Below are positions 15,482-25,858 of a stretch of 32,000 nucleotides of DNA, in pieces. Position numbers and translations under genes: made by a program. The notes below the pieces were generated by a model. That model searched no databases, was not told the DNA's origin, and worked only from the letters and a program-made list of their open reading frames with translations. This stretch comes from Nostoc punctiforme PCC 73102 (GTDB taxonomy: Bacteria; Cyanobacteriota; Cyanobacteriia; Cyanobacteriales; Nostocaceae): assembly GCF_000020025.1 (NCBI RefSeq), contig NC_010628.1:5790001-5822000 (forward strand), given 5' to 3'. Each line of letters opens with the position of its first letter. The first letter of the stretch is position 1.

Positions 15482-18400
15482 ATGACTGAATTGCAGGTTA
15501 ATACTACCACTATCGGCAATCAATCTAACTCCAAAGTAGCGATAGATCAAAATGGAAACTTTGTTATTTCCTGGACTAGTTTTGATCAGAACGGGGTTGG
15601 CGGGATATATGCCCAACGATACAACATTGATGGGCAGCGTCAAGGGAGTGAATTTCTGGTCAATTCCACCATTACTGCCACTAACCAAAGTATCCCCACA
15701 GTAGCGATGGATGCAACTGGGAACTTTATCATTTCCTGGACTAGTTTTGATGAGTTTGGGAATAGCAATGGGGTATATGCCAAACGCTACAACAGTTCTG
15801 GGGGGGCTCAAGGGGGCGAATTTCAAGTCAATACTGGTATTGATAGCAATCTATTGAACTCCACAGTAGTGATGAATGGAAATGGAAACTTTGTCATTTC
15901 CTGGGATCAGTTTGATCTGAGCAACTCTGGGTCTAACGGCATTGAGACATACGCCAGACTCTACAATAGTAGTGGGGTGGCTCAAGGAAGCGAATTTAAG
16001 GTCAATACCACACACTCTGACGCTCAATATAACCCCACAGTAGCTATCGCTCAAAATGGGAGCTTTGTCATTTCCTGGACTAGCAATCTTCAAGACAATA
16101 TTCCCGCTAATCCTAGCGATACCATTGATAATGGGATATACGCCCAACGCTACGACAGTAATGGGGTGCCTCAAGGTGTTGAATTTAAGGTCAATACTCA
16201 GACCGTTAACGATCAAAGTAACTCCACAATAGCGATCGCTCAAAATGGGAACTTTGTCATTGCCTGGCAAAGCGAAAACCAGGATGGATCTGGCTATGGG
16301 ATATATGCCCAACGCTACAACAGCGCTGGGGTGGCTCAAGGGAGCGAATTTAAGGTCAATACCCAGACCGTTAACGATCAAATCAACCCCAAAATAGCGA
16401 TGGATACAACGGGGAACTTTGTCATTTCCTGGCAAAGCAATCTTCAAGACGGGTCTGGTTATGGGGTATATGCCCAACGCTACAACAGTGCTGGGGTGGC
16501 TCAAGGGAGCGAATTTAAGGTCAATACTCAGACCGCCAACGACCAAAGTATCCCCACAGTAGCGATGAATGGAAAGGGGGACTTTGTTGTTTCCTGGACT
16601 AGCTATGGTCAAGATGAGCAAACACAGCAGAGTGAGGAAATACTTAATAGGGGGGGAATATATGCCCAAGTATACAAAAGTGGGATTCCCCCGACAATCA
16701 CTTCTACTTCTGCCTCTCCCTTGGCATACACCGAGAATGCCAATACAACCATCGACTCAGCCATTACTGTCAGCGATGAAGACTCCATCAATCTGGCTAG
16801 CGCCACCGTCAGCATTACCAGTGGTTTCGTCTCTGGTCAAGATACCCTCGCCTTCAGCAACCAAAATGGGATTACGGGCAGCTACAACAGTAGCACAGGT
16901 GTCTTAACTTTAACTGGCAGTTCTAGTGTTGCTAATTATCAAACTGCCCTGCGTTCTATTACTTATACCAATAGCAGCGATAACCCCAGTCTTACACCTC
17001 GTACCGTAAGCTTTACAGTTAACGATCAGAATGTTAGTAGTACCGCCCTTACACGTAATATTAATATTACGGCGGTGAATGATGCACCTGTTGCCAGCAC
17101 CACAAACTCTGCTCTGGCATATACAGAAAACGCCATTACGGCCATTGACTCAGCCATCATAGTCAGCGACGTAGACTCCTCCAACCTAGCAGGTGCCACA
17201 GTCAGTATTAGTGGTGGCTTTGTTTCTGCTGAAGACATACTCGCCTTCAGCAACCAAAATGGGATTACGGGCAGCTACAACAGCAGCACAGGTGTATTAA
17301 CTTTAACTGGCAATGCTACTGTTGCTAATTATCAAACCGCTCTGCGTTCCATTACTTATAGCAACAGTAGTAATAACCCCAGCCTCACACCTCGTACTGT
17401 CAGCTTTATAGTTAATGATGGAGCTGCTAATAGTACCGCCGTTACCCGCAATATTAATATTACGGTAGTGAATGATGCTCCCATTGCCACTGCCACCAAC
17501 TCTGCTTTGGCATACATTGAGAATGCCATTACAGTCATCGATTCAGCCATCACTGTCAGCGACGTAGACTCTGCTAACCTTTCCAGTGCCACTGTCAATA
17601 TTAGTAGTGGTTTTGTCTCTACTCAAGACATACTCGCCTTCACCAACCAAAATGGGATTACGGGCAGCTACAACAGCAGCACAGGTATCTTAACTTTAAG
17701 TGGCAGTTCCAGTGTTGCTAATTATCAAACCGCCCTGCGTTCTATTACTTATACCAACAGCAGCGATAACCCCACTCTCACACCTCGTACCATCAGCTTT
17801 ATAGTTAATGATGGAACCGCTAATAGTACTGCCGTTACCCGCAACATTAATATTACGGCAGTGAATGATGCTCCCGTTGCTGTTAACGACAGCATCACCA
17901 CAAACAAAAACACACCTATTATCATTAACGCTACGACTCTGTTGAGCAATGATACAGATGTAGATGTCAGTGACGTATTGAGCATTACTGGTTTTACCCA
18001 ACCTAGCCAAGGAAGCTTAGTTAACAATAACAACGGTACTTACACTTATACCCCTGTACAAAACTATTATGGCTCCGACAGCTTCACTTACACCATAAGT
18101 GATGGGCAGGGTGGCAGCAGTAATGCCACTGTAAACTTGACTATTAATCAATTCAATCTGATTAATGGTACTTCAGGAGCAGAAACCCTGAATGGTACGG
18201 TGAACATGGATATCATCTTAGGATTGCTGGGCAATGACACGCTTAACGGACTAGGTGATAACGACACACTTGATGGCGGCGATGGAAATGATTTCTTAGA
18301 TGGTGGTACAGGTAACGATAGCCTCATTGGTGGTAAAGGCAATGACACTTATACTGTAGACACCATCGGCGACACTATTGTTGAATCCGCTAGTGCAGGT

Positions 18401-20275
18401 ACAGATTTAGTCAAGTCTTCAGTGAGTTGGGTATTGGGAAATAACCTGGAAAACTTGACTCTGACTGGAACCGACGCAATCAATGGTACTGGCAACAGCC
18501 TTAATAACATTCTGACAGGAAATACTGGGGCTAACATCTTGAGTGGAGAAGGTGGCAATGACACCTTGTTGGGTGGTGCAGGCAATGACACATTGTTGGG
18601 CGGTGCAGGCAATGACACCTTGGATGGAGGTTTGGGAGCTGATAGTCTCAATGGTGGAGTCGGCAATGATATTTATACTGTAGATAACATCGGTGATATT
18701 ATCATCGAAGGCTTAAATGCAGGGACAGATTTAGTCAATTCTTCTGTGAGTTTTGTGTTGGCAGATAACGTGGAAAACTTGACCCTGACTGGAACCGGGG
18801 CAATCGATGGGACTGGTAACATCCTTAATAACATCCTGATTGGAAATACTGGTGCTAACAAGTTGAGCGGAGGAGATGGTAACGATAGCCTCTTTGGTAG
18901 TTCAGGCAACGACACCTTGTTGGGCGGTGCAGGCAATGACACCTTGGATGGAGGTTTGGGAGCTGATAGTCTCAATGGTGGAGCCGGTAATGACATTTAC
19001 ACCGTAGACAATGTTAGCGATATTATTGTCGAAGGCTTAGATGCAGGCATAGATTTAGTTAAGTCTTCGGTGAGTTTTGTGTTGACAGATAACGTGGAAA
19101 ACTTGACACTGACTGGAACTGGGGCAATCGATGGGACTGGTAACATCCTTAATAACATCCTGATTGGAAATACTGGTGCTAATAAGTTGAGCGGAGGAGA
19201 TGGTAACGATAGCCTCTTTGGTAGTTCAGGTAATGACAGCTTGTTAGGCGGTGCAGGCGATGATACCTTGGATGGAGGTGTAGGGATTGATACTCTCAAT
19301 GGTGGAGCCGGCAATGACATTTACACTGTAGACAGCCTCAGCGATATGATTACTGAAGGCTTAAATGCAGGCATAGATTTAGTCAAGTCTGCTGTAAGTT
19401 GGACATTGGGAGAGAACTTTGAAAACTTGACCCTGACTGGAAGTGGGGCAATCACTGCTACTGGTAACAGCCTTGATAACATCCTAATTGGAAGTACTGG
19501 TGCTAACACGTTAACGGGAGGAGATGGTAACGATAGCCTCTTTGGTAGCTCAGGCAATGACAGCTTGTTAGGCGGAGTAGGCGATGACACCTTAGATGGA
19601 GGTTTGGGAGCTGATAATCTCAATGGTGGAGTCGGCAATGACATCTACACTGTAGATAGTGTTAGCGATATTATTGTTGAAAGCTTAAATGCAGGCACAG
19701 ATTTAGTTAACTCTTCAGTAAGTTGGACGTTGGCAGATAACTTTGAAAACTTGACCCTGATTGGAACTGGGGCAATTACTGCCACAGGTAACGGCCTTAA
19801 TAACATCCTGATTGGAAATACTGGTGCTAATACGTTATCAGGAGGAGATGGTAATGATAACCTCTTTGGTAATTCAGGTAATGACAGCTTATTAGGCGGT
19901 GTCGGAAACGATAGCCTCTTTGGTGGAATTGGTAAAGATACGCTGACTGGTGGAGCTGGACAAGATAGCTTGTATCTGACTGATACCCGCACTGGAGGCT
20001 ATGATACCATCACCGATTTTACTGTTGGAGATGATACTATCTTCATTTCTAAGGCGGAATTCGGACTGGGGCAAGCTCAGGATACGACACTTGATTCGGG
20101 CTTGTTCCGACTTGGTACGATCGCTACAACCGCAAGCGATCGCTTCATCTACAATCAAAGTACGGGTAACTTATACTTTGATAAAGATGGATTGGGTGGT
20201 ACAACACAAGTTCAAATAGCCCAGTTGTCGAATAACGCACAGCTTAGTAGTGCAAATATTACTGTGATTGCCTAA
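15482..20275 (+). CDS. Giant modular calcium-binding RTX exoprotein (1597 aa), adhesin-like, probable type I secretion substrate
   Basis: No N-terminal signal peptide. It has seven approximately 55-aa repeats (GNFVISW-S...YAQRYN..G..QGSEF.VNT), three 131-aa modules, a cadherin-like VNDAPVAVND...LLSNDTDVD...FTYT domain, many GGxGNDxL nonapeptides, and an acidic/hydrophobic C-terminus ending ITVIA. Confidence 0.9.
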   Translation: MTELQVNTTTIGNQSNSKVAIDQNGNFVISWTSFDQNGVGGIYAQRYNIDGQRQGSEFLVNSTITATNQSIPTVAMDATGNFIISWTSFDEFGNSNGVYAKRYNSSGGAQGGEFQVNTGIDSNLLNSTVVMNGNGNFVISWDQFDLSNSGSNGIETYARLYNSSGVAQGSEFKVNTTHSDAQYNPTVAIAQNGSFVISWTSNLQDNIPANPSDTIDNGIYAQRYDSNGVPQGVEFKVNTQTVNDQSNSTIAIAQNGNFVIAWQSENQDGSGYGIYAQRYNSAGVAQGSEFKVNTQTVNDQINPKIAMDTTGNFVISWQSNLQDGSGYGVYAQRYNSAGVAQGSEFKVNTQTANDQSIPTVAMNGKGDFVVSWTSYGQDEQTQQSEEILNRGGIYAQVYKSGIPPTITSTSASPLAYTENANTTIDSAITVSDEDSINLASATVSITSGFVSGQDTLAFSNQNGITGSYNSSTGVLTLTGSSSVANYQTALRSITYTNSSDNPSLTPRTVSFTVNDQNVSSTALTRNINITAVNDAPVASTTNSALAYTENAITAIDSAIIVSDVDSSNLAGATVSISGGFVSAEDILAFSNQNGITGSYNSSTGVLTLTGNATVANYQTALRSITYSNSSNNPSLTPRTVSFIVNDGAANSTAVTRNINITVVNDAPIATATNSALAYIENAITVIDSAITVSDVDSANLSSATVNISSGFVSTQDILAFTNQNGITGSYNSSTGILTLSGSSSVANYQTALRSITYTNSSDNPTLTPRTISFIVNDGTANSTAVTRNINITAVNDAPVAVNDSITTNKNTPIIINATTLLSNDTDVDVSDVLSITGFTQPSQGSLVNNNNGTYTYTPVQNYYGSDSFTYTISDGQGGSSNATVNLTINQFNLINGTSGAETLNGTVNMDIILGLLGNDTLNGLGDNDTLDGGDGNDFLDGGTGNDSLIGGKGNDTYTVDTIGDTIVESASAGTDLVKSSVSWVLGNNLENLTLTGTDAINGTGNSLNNILTGNTGANILSGEGGNDTLLGGAGNDTLLGGAGNDTLDGGLGADSLNGGVGNDIYTVDNIGDIIIEGLNAGTDLVNSSVSFVLADNVENLTLTGTGAIDGTGNILNNILIGNTGANKLSGGDGNDSLFGSSGNDTLLGGAGNDTLDGGLGADSLNGGAGNDIYTVDNVSDIIVEGLDAGIDLVKSSVSFVLTDNVENLTLTGTGAIDGTGNILNNILIGNTGANKLSGGDGNDSLFGSSGNDSLLGGAGDDTLDGGVGIDTLNGGAGNDIYTVDSLSDMITEGLNAGIDLVKSAVSWTLGENFENLTLTGSGAITATGNSLDNILIGSTGANTLTGGDGNDSLFGSSGNDSLLGGVGDDTLDGGLGADNLNGGVGNDIYTVDSVSDIIVESLNAGTDLVNSSVSWTLADNFENLTLIGTGAITATGNGLNNILIGNTGANTLSGGDGNDNLFGNSGNDSLLGGVGNDSLFGGIGKDTLTGGAGQDSLYLTDTRTGGYDTITDFTVGDDTIFISKAEFGLGQAQDTTLDSGLFRLGTIATTASDRFIYNQSTGNLYFDKDGLGGTTQVQIAQLSNNAQLSSANITVIA
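16690..17880 (+). repeat. 3 x 393-bp (131-aa) tandem modules within the RTX gene
   Basis: The TGGCATA landmark recurs at 16722, 17115 and 17508, an exact 393-bp period. Each module reads ALAYTENA..IDSAI.VSD.DS.NL..ATV.I..GFVS..D.LAF.NQNGITGSYNSSTG.LTL.G...VANYQTALRSITY.NSS.NP.LTPRT.SF.VND. Confidence 0.9.
18350..19970 (+). repeat. 5 x 324-bp (108-aa) tandem RTX modules
   Basis: The TATACTG (YTVD) landmark at 18350 and 18674 gives a 324-bp period. The antisense ORFs in the track break at exactly 324-bp intervals (18349, 18673, 18997, 19321, 19645). Confidence 0.9.
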
Positions 20276-20313
20276 CTTTGCTAAGACGATTAACCTAGTA
20301 TGAACCTATGTAG

Positions 20314-20335
20314 AGGCGCGAAGTTTCGCGCCTTT
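20314..20335 (+). terminator. GC-rich hairpin after the RTX gene
   Basis: AGGCGCGA (20314-20321) pairs with TCGCGCCT (20326-20333) over a 4-nt loop. Only a short T tail follows. Confidence 0.5.
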
Positions 20336-20536
20336 ACACGCTTTTGGGCTTGTATCTGTCATATTCTTTTTTAAAATTGGTATAACAATCGAACTAAATT
20401 TAAGTAATAGATAGTAGTAATTGTGAACGGGGTCTTGACTGCCGCCCATTTCACCAAAAAAATCGCTCTCCATTGACCAAGAACAAAAAGCGGCGAATCG
20501 AAAAAGGAATGCGAGTCCTGCCTTCTTTCCTTTGCC

Positions 20537-21907
20537 TTATTTTTGGTCTAGAGTTTGAATTGTCAGCATTTGAGGGGGCGTAGCATCTGGTGGGTAGAGA
20601 AAATCTAGTTTTACCATTCGCAGCTGACCTGGAGATATTTTTAATTGAGCAAGCGGTTCTCCCATCTGTCCCCGTTGTTGAACTAAATGCCAATATTGGG
20701 TTTTGGGTAAGCCATTATCGTCATTGTAGCGAATACGAACTGTGCCACGAAAAAAGACGGATGGTTGGGGTGGTGAAAAAAAGCGAAGCCCAGGTTTACT
20801 TAAGTCGTCTTCTTTAATAGGTGTTTGAAAAAGCACATTTACAGTTTGTGGTTTGGCGGTATTGTTGATTAATGGTAGCGAGATGTTATATTCAATGCCG
20901 TAGTTGCCGTGAGCTTCGTAAGCAGTACCAGGATAACGCACCGCGAGTTTGGCAGTTTGGTTTTGTCCAGTACCCATTTTGCCTGCTAACAGGGTACTTA
21001 AACCGTATGAAAAAGCTTGTCCTGAAGCGGGAATTGTCAGGTATGAACTATTGGAGTCGGTCACTTGTGCTTGCCAACGAGAGCCGACAGCTACCGCCGC
21101 CACCCGACCATAAATTTCTGCTGTCGCTGTAAGGTTATTTGGAGGACTAGGGGCAGGTTCACGCGGTCCCGCAAAATCACCATTTTCTAATAAATTCTCC
21201 CATTCTTTCAAAGTGGGCGCTCGTTCAGTAGCATCTGGATTGGGTTTGGCAAACATAGCTAGGTTCGCCATATAAACTGGACTATCACTGTACAAACGCA
21301 ACAAAGTAGAACGTCCATTTAATGGCGGTTTTAAAGGACGCACTGGAATTGGATGATTCATTAACATCCGGCTTTGTTTTGGTGGAATTACCAACTGGGC
21401 TGGCCATCCTGACTGCCGTTTTCCTCGTAGCACATCATTCATGACGCGATCGCCAGGCCCAGCATAAATGTTTCCCGAATTATTTGGCTGTATGGGGGGA
21501 AGTTTGAGAAAAGGTGCATCAGGTTGACTAACATAACTGGCTGCTTGCAATATGTTTATAGTTGCAGGGCGATCACTTGGATTGTAAACAATCACCCCCA
21601 AATAAAGAGTCCGCAAATCATTTGGAGTCTCAATGGCTCTAGCAATATGATGAGAAAACAAATCAAAGCGTCCCTTCCATAGAAAGTTCAGGTGTGCGCT
21701 TGGCGCTTTTTTACCTTGAGGAGGAAATGTAGACAGCAAAATACCTTCACTCTGAACTACTTCTGGGTTATTACTGTTAAATACTGGTATTGCATCAAGA
21801 TGGCCAGGTAAAGGTCTTGTTTGTTGCGGAATGAAGATTTCCTGGGGTTCAGATGCTGGAGAAGGTGCTGCTTGAGCCAAAAGCAAATAGGAAATAAAAT
21901 TAAGCAT
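20537..21907 (-). CDS. Conserved cyanobacterial secreted hypothetical protein (from memory, possibly the DUF3370 family)
   Basis: 456 aa with a short hydrophobic N-terminus ending LLLAQA-AP (signal-peptide-like). No catalytic motif is recognised. The family assignment is a recollection, not a search result. Confidence 0.6.
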   Translation of the reverse strand: MLNFISYLLLAQAAPSPASEPQEIFIPQQTRPLPGHLDAIPVFNSNNPEVVQSEGILLSTFPPQGKKAPSAHLNFLWKGRFDLFSHHIARAIETPNDLRTLYLGVIVYNPSDRPATINILQAASYVSQPDAPFLKLPPIQPNNSGNIYAGPGDRVMNDVLRGKRQSGWPAQLVIPPKQSRMLMNHPIPVRPLKPPLNGRSTLLRLYSDSPVYMANLAMFAKPNPDATERAPTLKEWENLLENGDFAGPREPAPSPPNNLTATAEIYGRVAAVAVGSRWQAQVTDSNSSYLTIPASGQAFSYGLSTLLAGKMGTGQNQTAKLAVRYPGTAYEAHGNYGIEYNISLPLINNTAKPQTVNVLFQTPIKEDDLSKPGLRFFSPPQPSVFFRGTVRIRYNDDNGLPKTQYWHLVQQRGQMGEPLAQLKISPGQLRMVKLDFLYPPDATPPQMLTIQTLDQK

Positions 21908-22148
21908 TTATTCGAAAAGCAATTTATCGGTGAAGTTAAGAATACAGCATACTTGTACTAATTCTGTATGATTTGCGTTTTATTCACTTATGCCATATAA
22001 GTAAAAATTTTTATGTTGATATTCACTTAAATCCAATACCCGTGAATGAAATTCTCAAGTTGCCTTTAAGGAAAGGATTTCTAAATTTTCTTGAATGTTA
22101 CCCGGAGGATAATTTGTCCGGGTCTGGAGGCTCTCAAAAAGATTGCTT

Positions 22149-22613
22149 TTAACTTTCCTGTTGGGGATAACCGTTTTTTTCACGTTTGAGGCTTTCTTCT
22201 AAGGCTTGAATTTGTTCGCGACGAGCTTCCAATTCCAAGGAACGCCTCGCTAAATCTTGGTTTTGCAACGTCAAGGATTGTCGCCAATGTTCTGCTCGCT
22301 CGGCTTCGTGCTGCAAGAATTCTGGGGTAATGCCGATAGTGAGGTAGTTTTGTACCAAATGGAGTACCCAGTTGGTAGCGTCTTCTATTCTTTCAATGTC
22401 GCCTGTTGAGGAAAGTTCTACTAAAACAAGCAAGTTCTCACTCATGTTCTTTCCCTTTCCTAGCAGAATGAAAGCCTCTTCTGGAATTATCGCCCACAAG
22501 TTATCAGCTTCTTGACGCGCCAACAAGCGTAACTGGTGCTGGTCTAAAAAATCGTTTTTACGCACCTGGGCTAGATATAGCATAAGAGTTGCTTCGCTCC
22601 AATTCAAAATCAC
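22149..22613 (-). CDS. Hypothetical protein with a C-terminal coiled coil
   Basis: 154-aa ORF whose C-terminal region RQSLTLQNQDLARRSLELEARREQIQALEESLKREK has heptad-like character. The start is ambiguous (GTG 22613, or ATG 22583 with GGAG upstream). Confidence 0.55.
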   Translation of the reverse strand: MILNWSEATLMLYLAQVRKNDFLDQHQLRLLARQEADNLWAIIPEEAFILLGKGKNMSENLLVLVELSSTGDIERIEDATNWVLHLVQNYLTIGITPEFLQHEAERAEHWRQSLTLQNQDLARRSLELEARREQIQALEESLKREKNGYPQQES

Positions 22614-22745
22614 CTAAGTTGAGATGCCTGTGACAAGCGGCAAAAGGGTTTACGCCGGAAGCTGATGCTCCGACTTCTCTCAAAATTCAAAAAAAATTTA
22701 ATAAAATAGTAAGTTCCAGAATTGATATTTGAATCTTGTTAATTG

Positions 22746-22789
22746 GTAATGGGTAATCGAGAATTATTGACACTCTCATTACCCATTAC
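22746..22789. repeat. Perfect 12-bp inverted repeat built from the GTAATGG heptamer family, just downstream of valS
   Basis: GTAATGGGTAAT (22746-22757) and ATTACCCATTAC (22778-22789) flank a 20-nt spacer, 28 nt past the valS stop. Confidence 0.8.
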
Positions 22790-22816
22790 AGTTATCCTAA
22801 GTCATGCAGGCGATAC

Positions 22817-25801
22817 CTAAGACAACGCCTTTAGGCGATCGCGCAAAATTTCCACTTGTTTTTGTGCTTCTGCTAAGGCATCCCGCGCTCCCTGTACGAC
22901 ATCGGCTCTGGCTCTATCCACAAAACTAGGATTGTTTAATCTGGTACTTAGGGATTGAACTTCGGCTTCAGCTTTACTTAGGCTTTTCTCTAGTTTGGCA
23001 CGCACAGCTTCAATATCCACTACGCCATTAAGAGGAATTAGCACTTGTATTGTACCAATTACACCTGCGATCGCATTTTCTGGTTCTTGTGGTTGCTCTA
23101 ATTCTCTCTGCGGGAAAAATCGGCTCCATAACCTAAGTCTCGCTTCAGCAGTGAGTAAATTTTGGCTAATAAACCAAGCTGTGTAACCAAAACCCACCAT
23201 TTCAAAGAAAGTTCCGACGATGGGAATGTCATCAATGGCATTTCCCGCAGCTAAACCCAATCTACCAAAGACAATGGCCACAAGAATTAAGCCAATTATC
23301 TTCAAACCCCTCTGAGGTTTCTTAGCAGCAACAGTTTGGCTTTTTTCTTTGTCAGTAATGGTTAAAATCTCAACTTTCGCCAAATCTTTAATATAAGACT
23401 GTCCAGCAGTGAGAATTTCCCGCTCCTTTTCACTTTCAGTTTGCAAATTCGCTGTCACTTTTACCCCTGGCTTAATATCCGCTTCCGCGCGCAAATTCCG
23501 AATTGTGCGGATAGTAGCAATCAGTAATTCAAACTGTTCTTCTAAAGCTGGATCAATTAAGTTTGCATCTACCTGGGGATAGGTTTGTAATGGTAAAGTT
23601 TGCGGGGAATCTATCGGTTGTTGGGTGAGAGTTTGCCAAATTTCTTCGGTAATATGAGGCATCAACGGATGAAGCAGTTTTAAAATTCCTTCCAGTATGT
23701 AGCCGAGGGTTTGCTGTGCTACTCGCCGCGATACTGGATCGGCATCTGCTTGCAATCTGGATTTCACCAGTTCAATATACTGATCGCAGAAATCACCCCA
23801 AATAAACTCATAGAGTCCTTTTGCTGCTTCCCCTAACCCGTAATTATCGATGTAATTGCTGGTTTGTTTGATAACTTGATGATACCGCGAGATAATCCAG
23901 CGATCGCTCAATTCGGTGGCTACTGGATTCCCCAATTGTTGCGGTGTTTGTCCATCCAAATTCATCATCACAAACCGGGCAGCATTCCACAACTTGTTGG
24001 CAAAGTTGCGCGATGCCTCTACAGATGCTGATTCATCCTTTTTGCGATCGTATTCTAAGCGGATATCTTGACCAGCGCCAGCTACTTCTCTAATTAAGGT
24101 ATACCGCAGGGCATCAGTACCATATTTGTCAATTAATAACAACGGGTCAATGCCATTACCTTTGGTCTTAGACATCTTCTGACCTTTTTCATCCAGCACT
24201 AAGCCGTGGATGTAAACTGTTTGGAAAGGCATTTGCTGCGTAAAATGCCCAGCCATCATAGTCATTCTGGCTACCCAGAAAAAGATGATGTCAAAGCCTG
24301 TCACCAAAGTAGTAGTCGGGTAGTAAGTCGCTAAATCCTGAGTTTGTTCTGGCCAGCCCAAAGTCGAAAACGGCCACAGTCCAGAAGAAAACCAAGTATC
24401 TAGCACATCTGGATCTTGTTCTAACTTGACATTTTCTCCAAATTGTGATTTAGCTTTTTCCCAAGCTTCAGTTTCCGACTTTGCCACGACAAAGGGCGTG
24501 TTATCAGTAATTTGTCCATCGGTTTCACTGATAGCGTACCAAGCCGGGATTTGGTGTCCCCACCATAATTGGCGAGAGATACACCAATCTTTGAGTTTTA
24601 CTAGCCAATCACGATAGACCTTTGTCCAGCGTTGGGGGACAAACTCTGGAGAAGTTTGCTGGTCGAGGAATTCGAGAGTGTTGTCAGCTAGGGGGCGAAT
24701 TTTGACAAACCACTGAGTCGAGAGGAGGGGTTCAATAGGTACTTTACCGCGATCGCTGTAGGGAACGGTATGCTTATAATCTTCGATCTTCACCAAAAAG
24801 CCATCTATTTCTAGGCGAGAAACCACATTCTTTCTAGCAACAAAGCGGTCTTGCCCTTGAAACTCCCCAGCGTTGGCGTTGAGAGTGCCGTCTTTGTTCA
24901 TAATGTTGATTAACGGCAGATTGTGACGCTTACCCATGTCAAAATCGTTGGGGTCATGGGCGGGAGTTACCTTTACGCAGCCTGTGCCGAAGGTAGGATC
25001 AACAAATTCATCGCCAATAATGGGAATTTCTCGTTGTAGAATTGGCAGAGTTAGAGTTTTGCCGATGAGATGTTTGTAGCGATCGTCATTGGGATTAACC
25101 GCTACAGCCGTATCACCCAGCATCGTTTCTGGTCGAGTTGTCGCCACCTCTACAAAACCAGAACCATCGGTGAGAGGATAGCGGAAGTGCCAGAGATTTC
25201 CATTCACCTCTTGATTTTCAACTTCCACATCAGACACAGCCGACTGGGAAGCGGGACACCAATTAACTAAATATTCACCACGATAAATTAAGCCTTCTTC
25301 GTAGAGGCGAGTAAATGCCTCCACAACAGCCTTAGATAAACCTTCATCAAGGGTAAACCTTTCCCGTGACCAGTCCACCGAGACACCCAAGCGTCGTAGC
25401 TGATTCAGAATCGTTCCCTCAGACTCCGCCTTCCATTGCCAAGCGCGTTCTAAGAACTTCTCGCGCCCCAATTCATAGCGAGTCTTACCCTCTTTTTTGA
25501 GTTGCTTTTCCAGCATACTATGCACAGCGATGCTGGCGTGGTCAGTTCCGGGTAGCCATAGGGTATTACGTCCCTGCATCCGGTGGTAGCGCACGAGGGT
25601 ATCAATTAAGGCACTTTCAAAGGCGTGACCCATGTGTAAGCTGCCGGTGACATTCGGCGGGGGAATGACGATGCAGTAGGGTTCGCCGCCTTTGTTGGGG
25701 TCAGCTTTGTAAACTTGGTTGTCTTCCCAGAATTTTTGCCACTTGGCTTCCGTGGAAAAGGGGTCGTAGAGACTGGGGAGATTGGGAATGGTTGCGGTCA
25801 T
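22817..25801 (-). CDS. valS: Valine--tRNA ligase with an inserted CAAD-type membrane domain
   Basis: It has [14 protein letters not shown] (HIGH motif), KMSKTKGN (KMSKS motif), typical class Ia editing and anticodon-binding regions, and a C-terminal coiled coil. The extra hydrophobic insert is listed separately. Confidence 0.97.
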   Translation of the reverse strand: MTATIPNLPSLYDPFSTEAKWQKFWEDNQVYKADPNKGGEPYCIVIPPPNVTGSLHMGHAFESALIDTLVRYHRMQGRNTLWLPGTDHASIAVHSMLEKQLKKEGKTRYELGREKFLERAWQWKAESEGTILNQLRRLGVSVDWSRERFTLDEGLSKAVVEAFTRLYEEGLIYRGEYLVNWCPASQSAVSDVEVENQEVNGNLWHFRYPLTDGSGFVEVATTRPETMLGDTAVAVNPNDDRYKHLIGKTLTLPILQREIPIIGDEFVDPTFGTGCVKVTPAHDPNDFDMGKRHNLPLINIMNKDGTLNANAGEFQGQDRFVARKNVVSRLEIDGFLVKIEDYKHTVPYSDRGKVPIEPLLSTQWFVKIRPLADNTLEFLDQQTSPEFVPQRWTKVYRDWLVKLKDWCISRQLWWGHQIPAWYAISETDGQITDNTPFVVAKSETEAWEKAKSQFGENVKLEQDPDVLDTWFSSGLWPFSTLGWPEQTQDLATYYPTTTLVTGFDIIFFWVARMTMMAGHFTQQMPFQTVYIHGLVLDEKGQKMSKTKGNGIDPLLLIDKYGTDALRYTLIREVAGAGQDIRLEYDRKKDESASVEASRNFANKLWNAARFVMMNLDGQTPQQLGNPVATELSDRWIISRYHQVIKQTSNYIDNYGLGEAAKGLYEFIWGDFCDQYIELVKSRLQADADPVSRRVAQQTLGYILEGILKLLHPLMPHITEEIWQTLTQQPIDSPQTLPLQTYPQVDANLIDPALEEQFELLIATIRTIRNLRAEADIKPGVKVTANLQTESEKEREILTAGQSYIKDLAKVEILTITDKEKSQTVAAKKPQRGLKIIGLILVAIVFGRLGLAAGNAIDDIPIVGTFFEMVGFGYTAWFISQNLLTAEARLRLWSRFFPQRELEQPQEPENAIAGVIGTIQVLIPLNGVVDIEAVRAKLEKSLSKAEAEVQSLSTRLNNPSFVDRARADVVQGARDALAEAQKQVEILRDRLKALS
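23081..23353 (-). other. CAAD-like insertion in ValRS (aa 817-907) with two predicted transmembrane helices
   Basis: It reads [66 protein letters not shown], i.e. two hydrophobic helices placed between the ValRS body and the terminal coiled coil. Confidence 0.8.
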
Positions 25802-25858
25802 GCGGGAAAACTAAGGAAGGACTCTAATAAATTTTGCCACAGGGTTGGAGAGGGATTG

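Noticed and set aside
15431-20158. Many long minus-strand ORFs inside the RTX gene (15431-15826, 15851-16669, and the 107-aa series at 18349, 18673, 18997, 19321 and 19645, among others).
   Set aside because: They are antisense to a strongly supported 1597-aa CDS and break exactly at its repeat period. They encode low-complexity Pro/Ser/Leu strings, typical of stop-poor antisense frames of Gly/Asn/Asp-rich repeats.
25715-25858. A 5' extension of the GxxExxY ORF, overlapping the valS start on the opposite strand.
   Set aside because: The extension has no family similarity and overlaps valS coding sequence. The conserved domain begins after the internal ATGs at 25859 and 25916.
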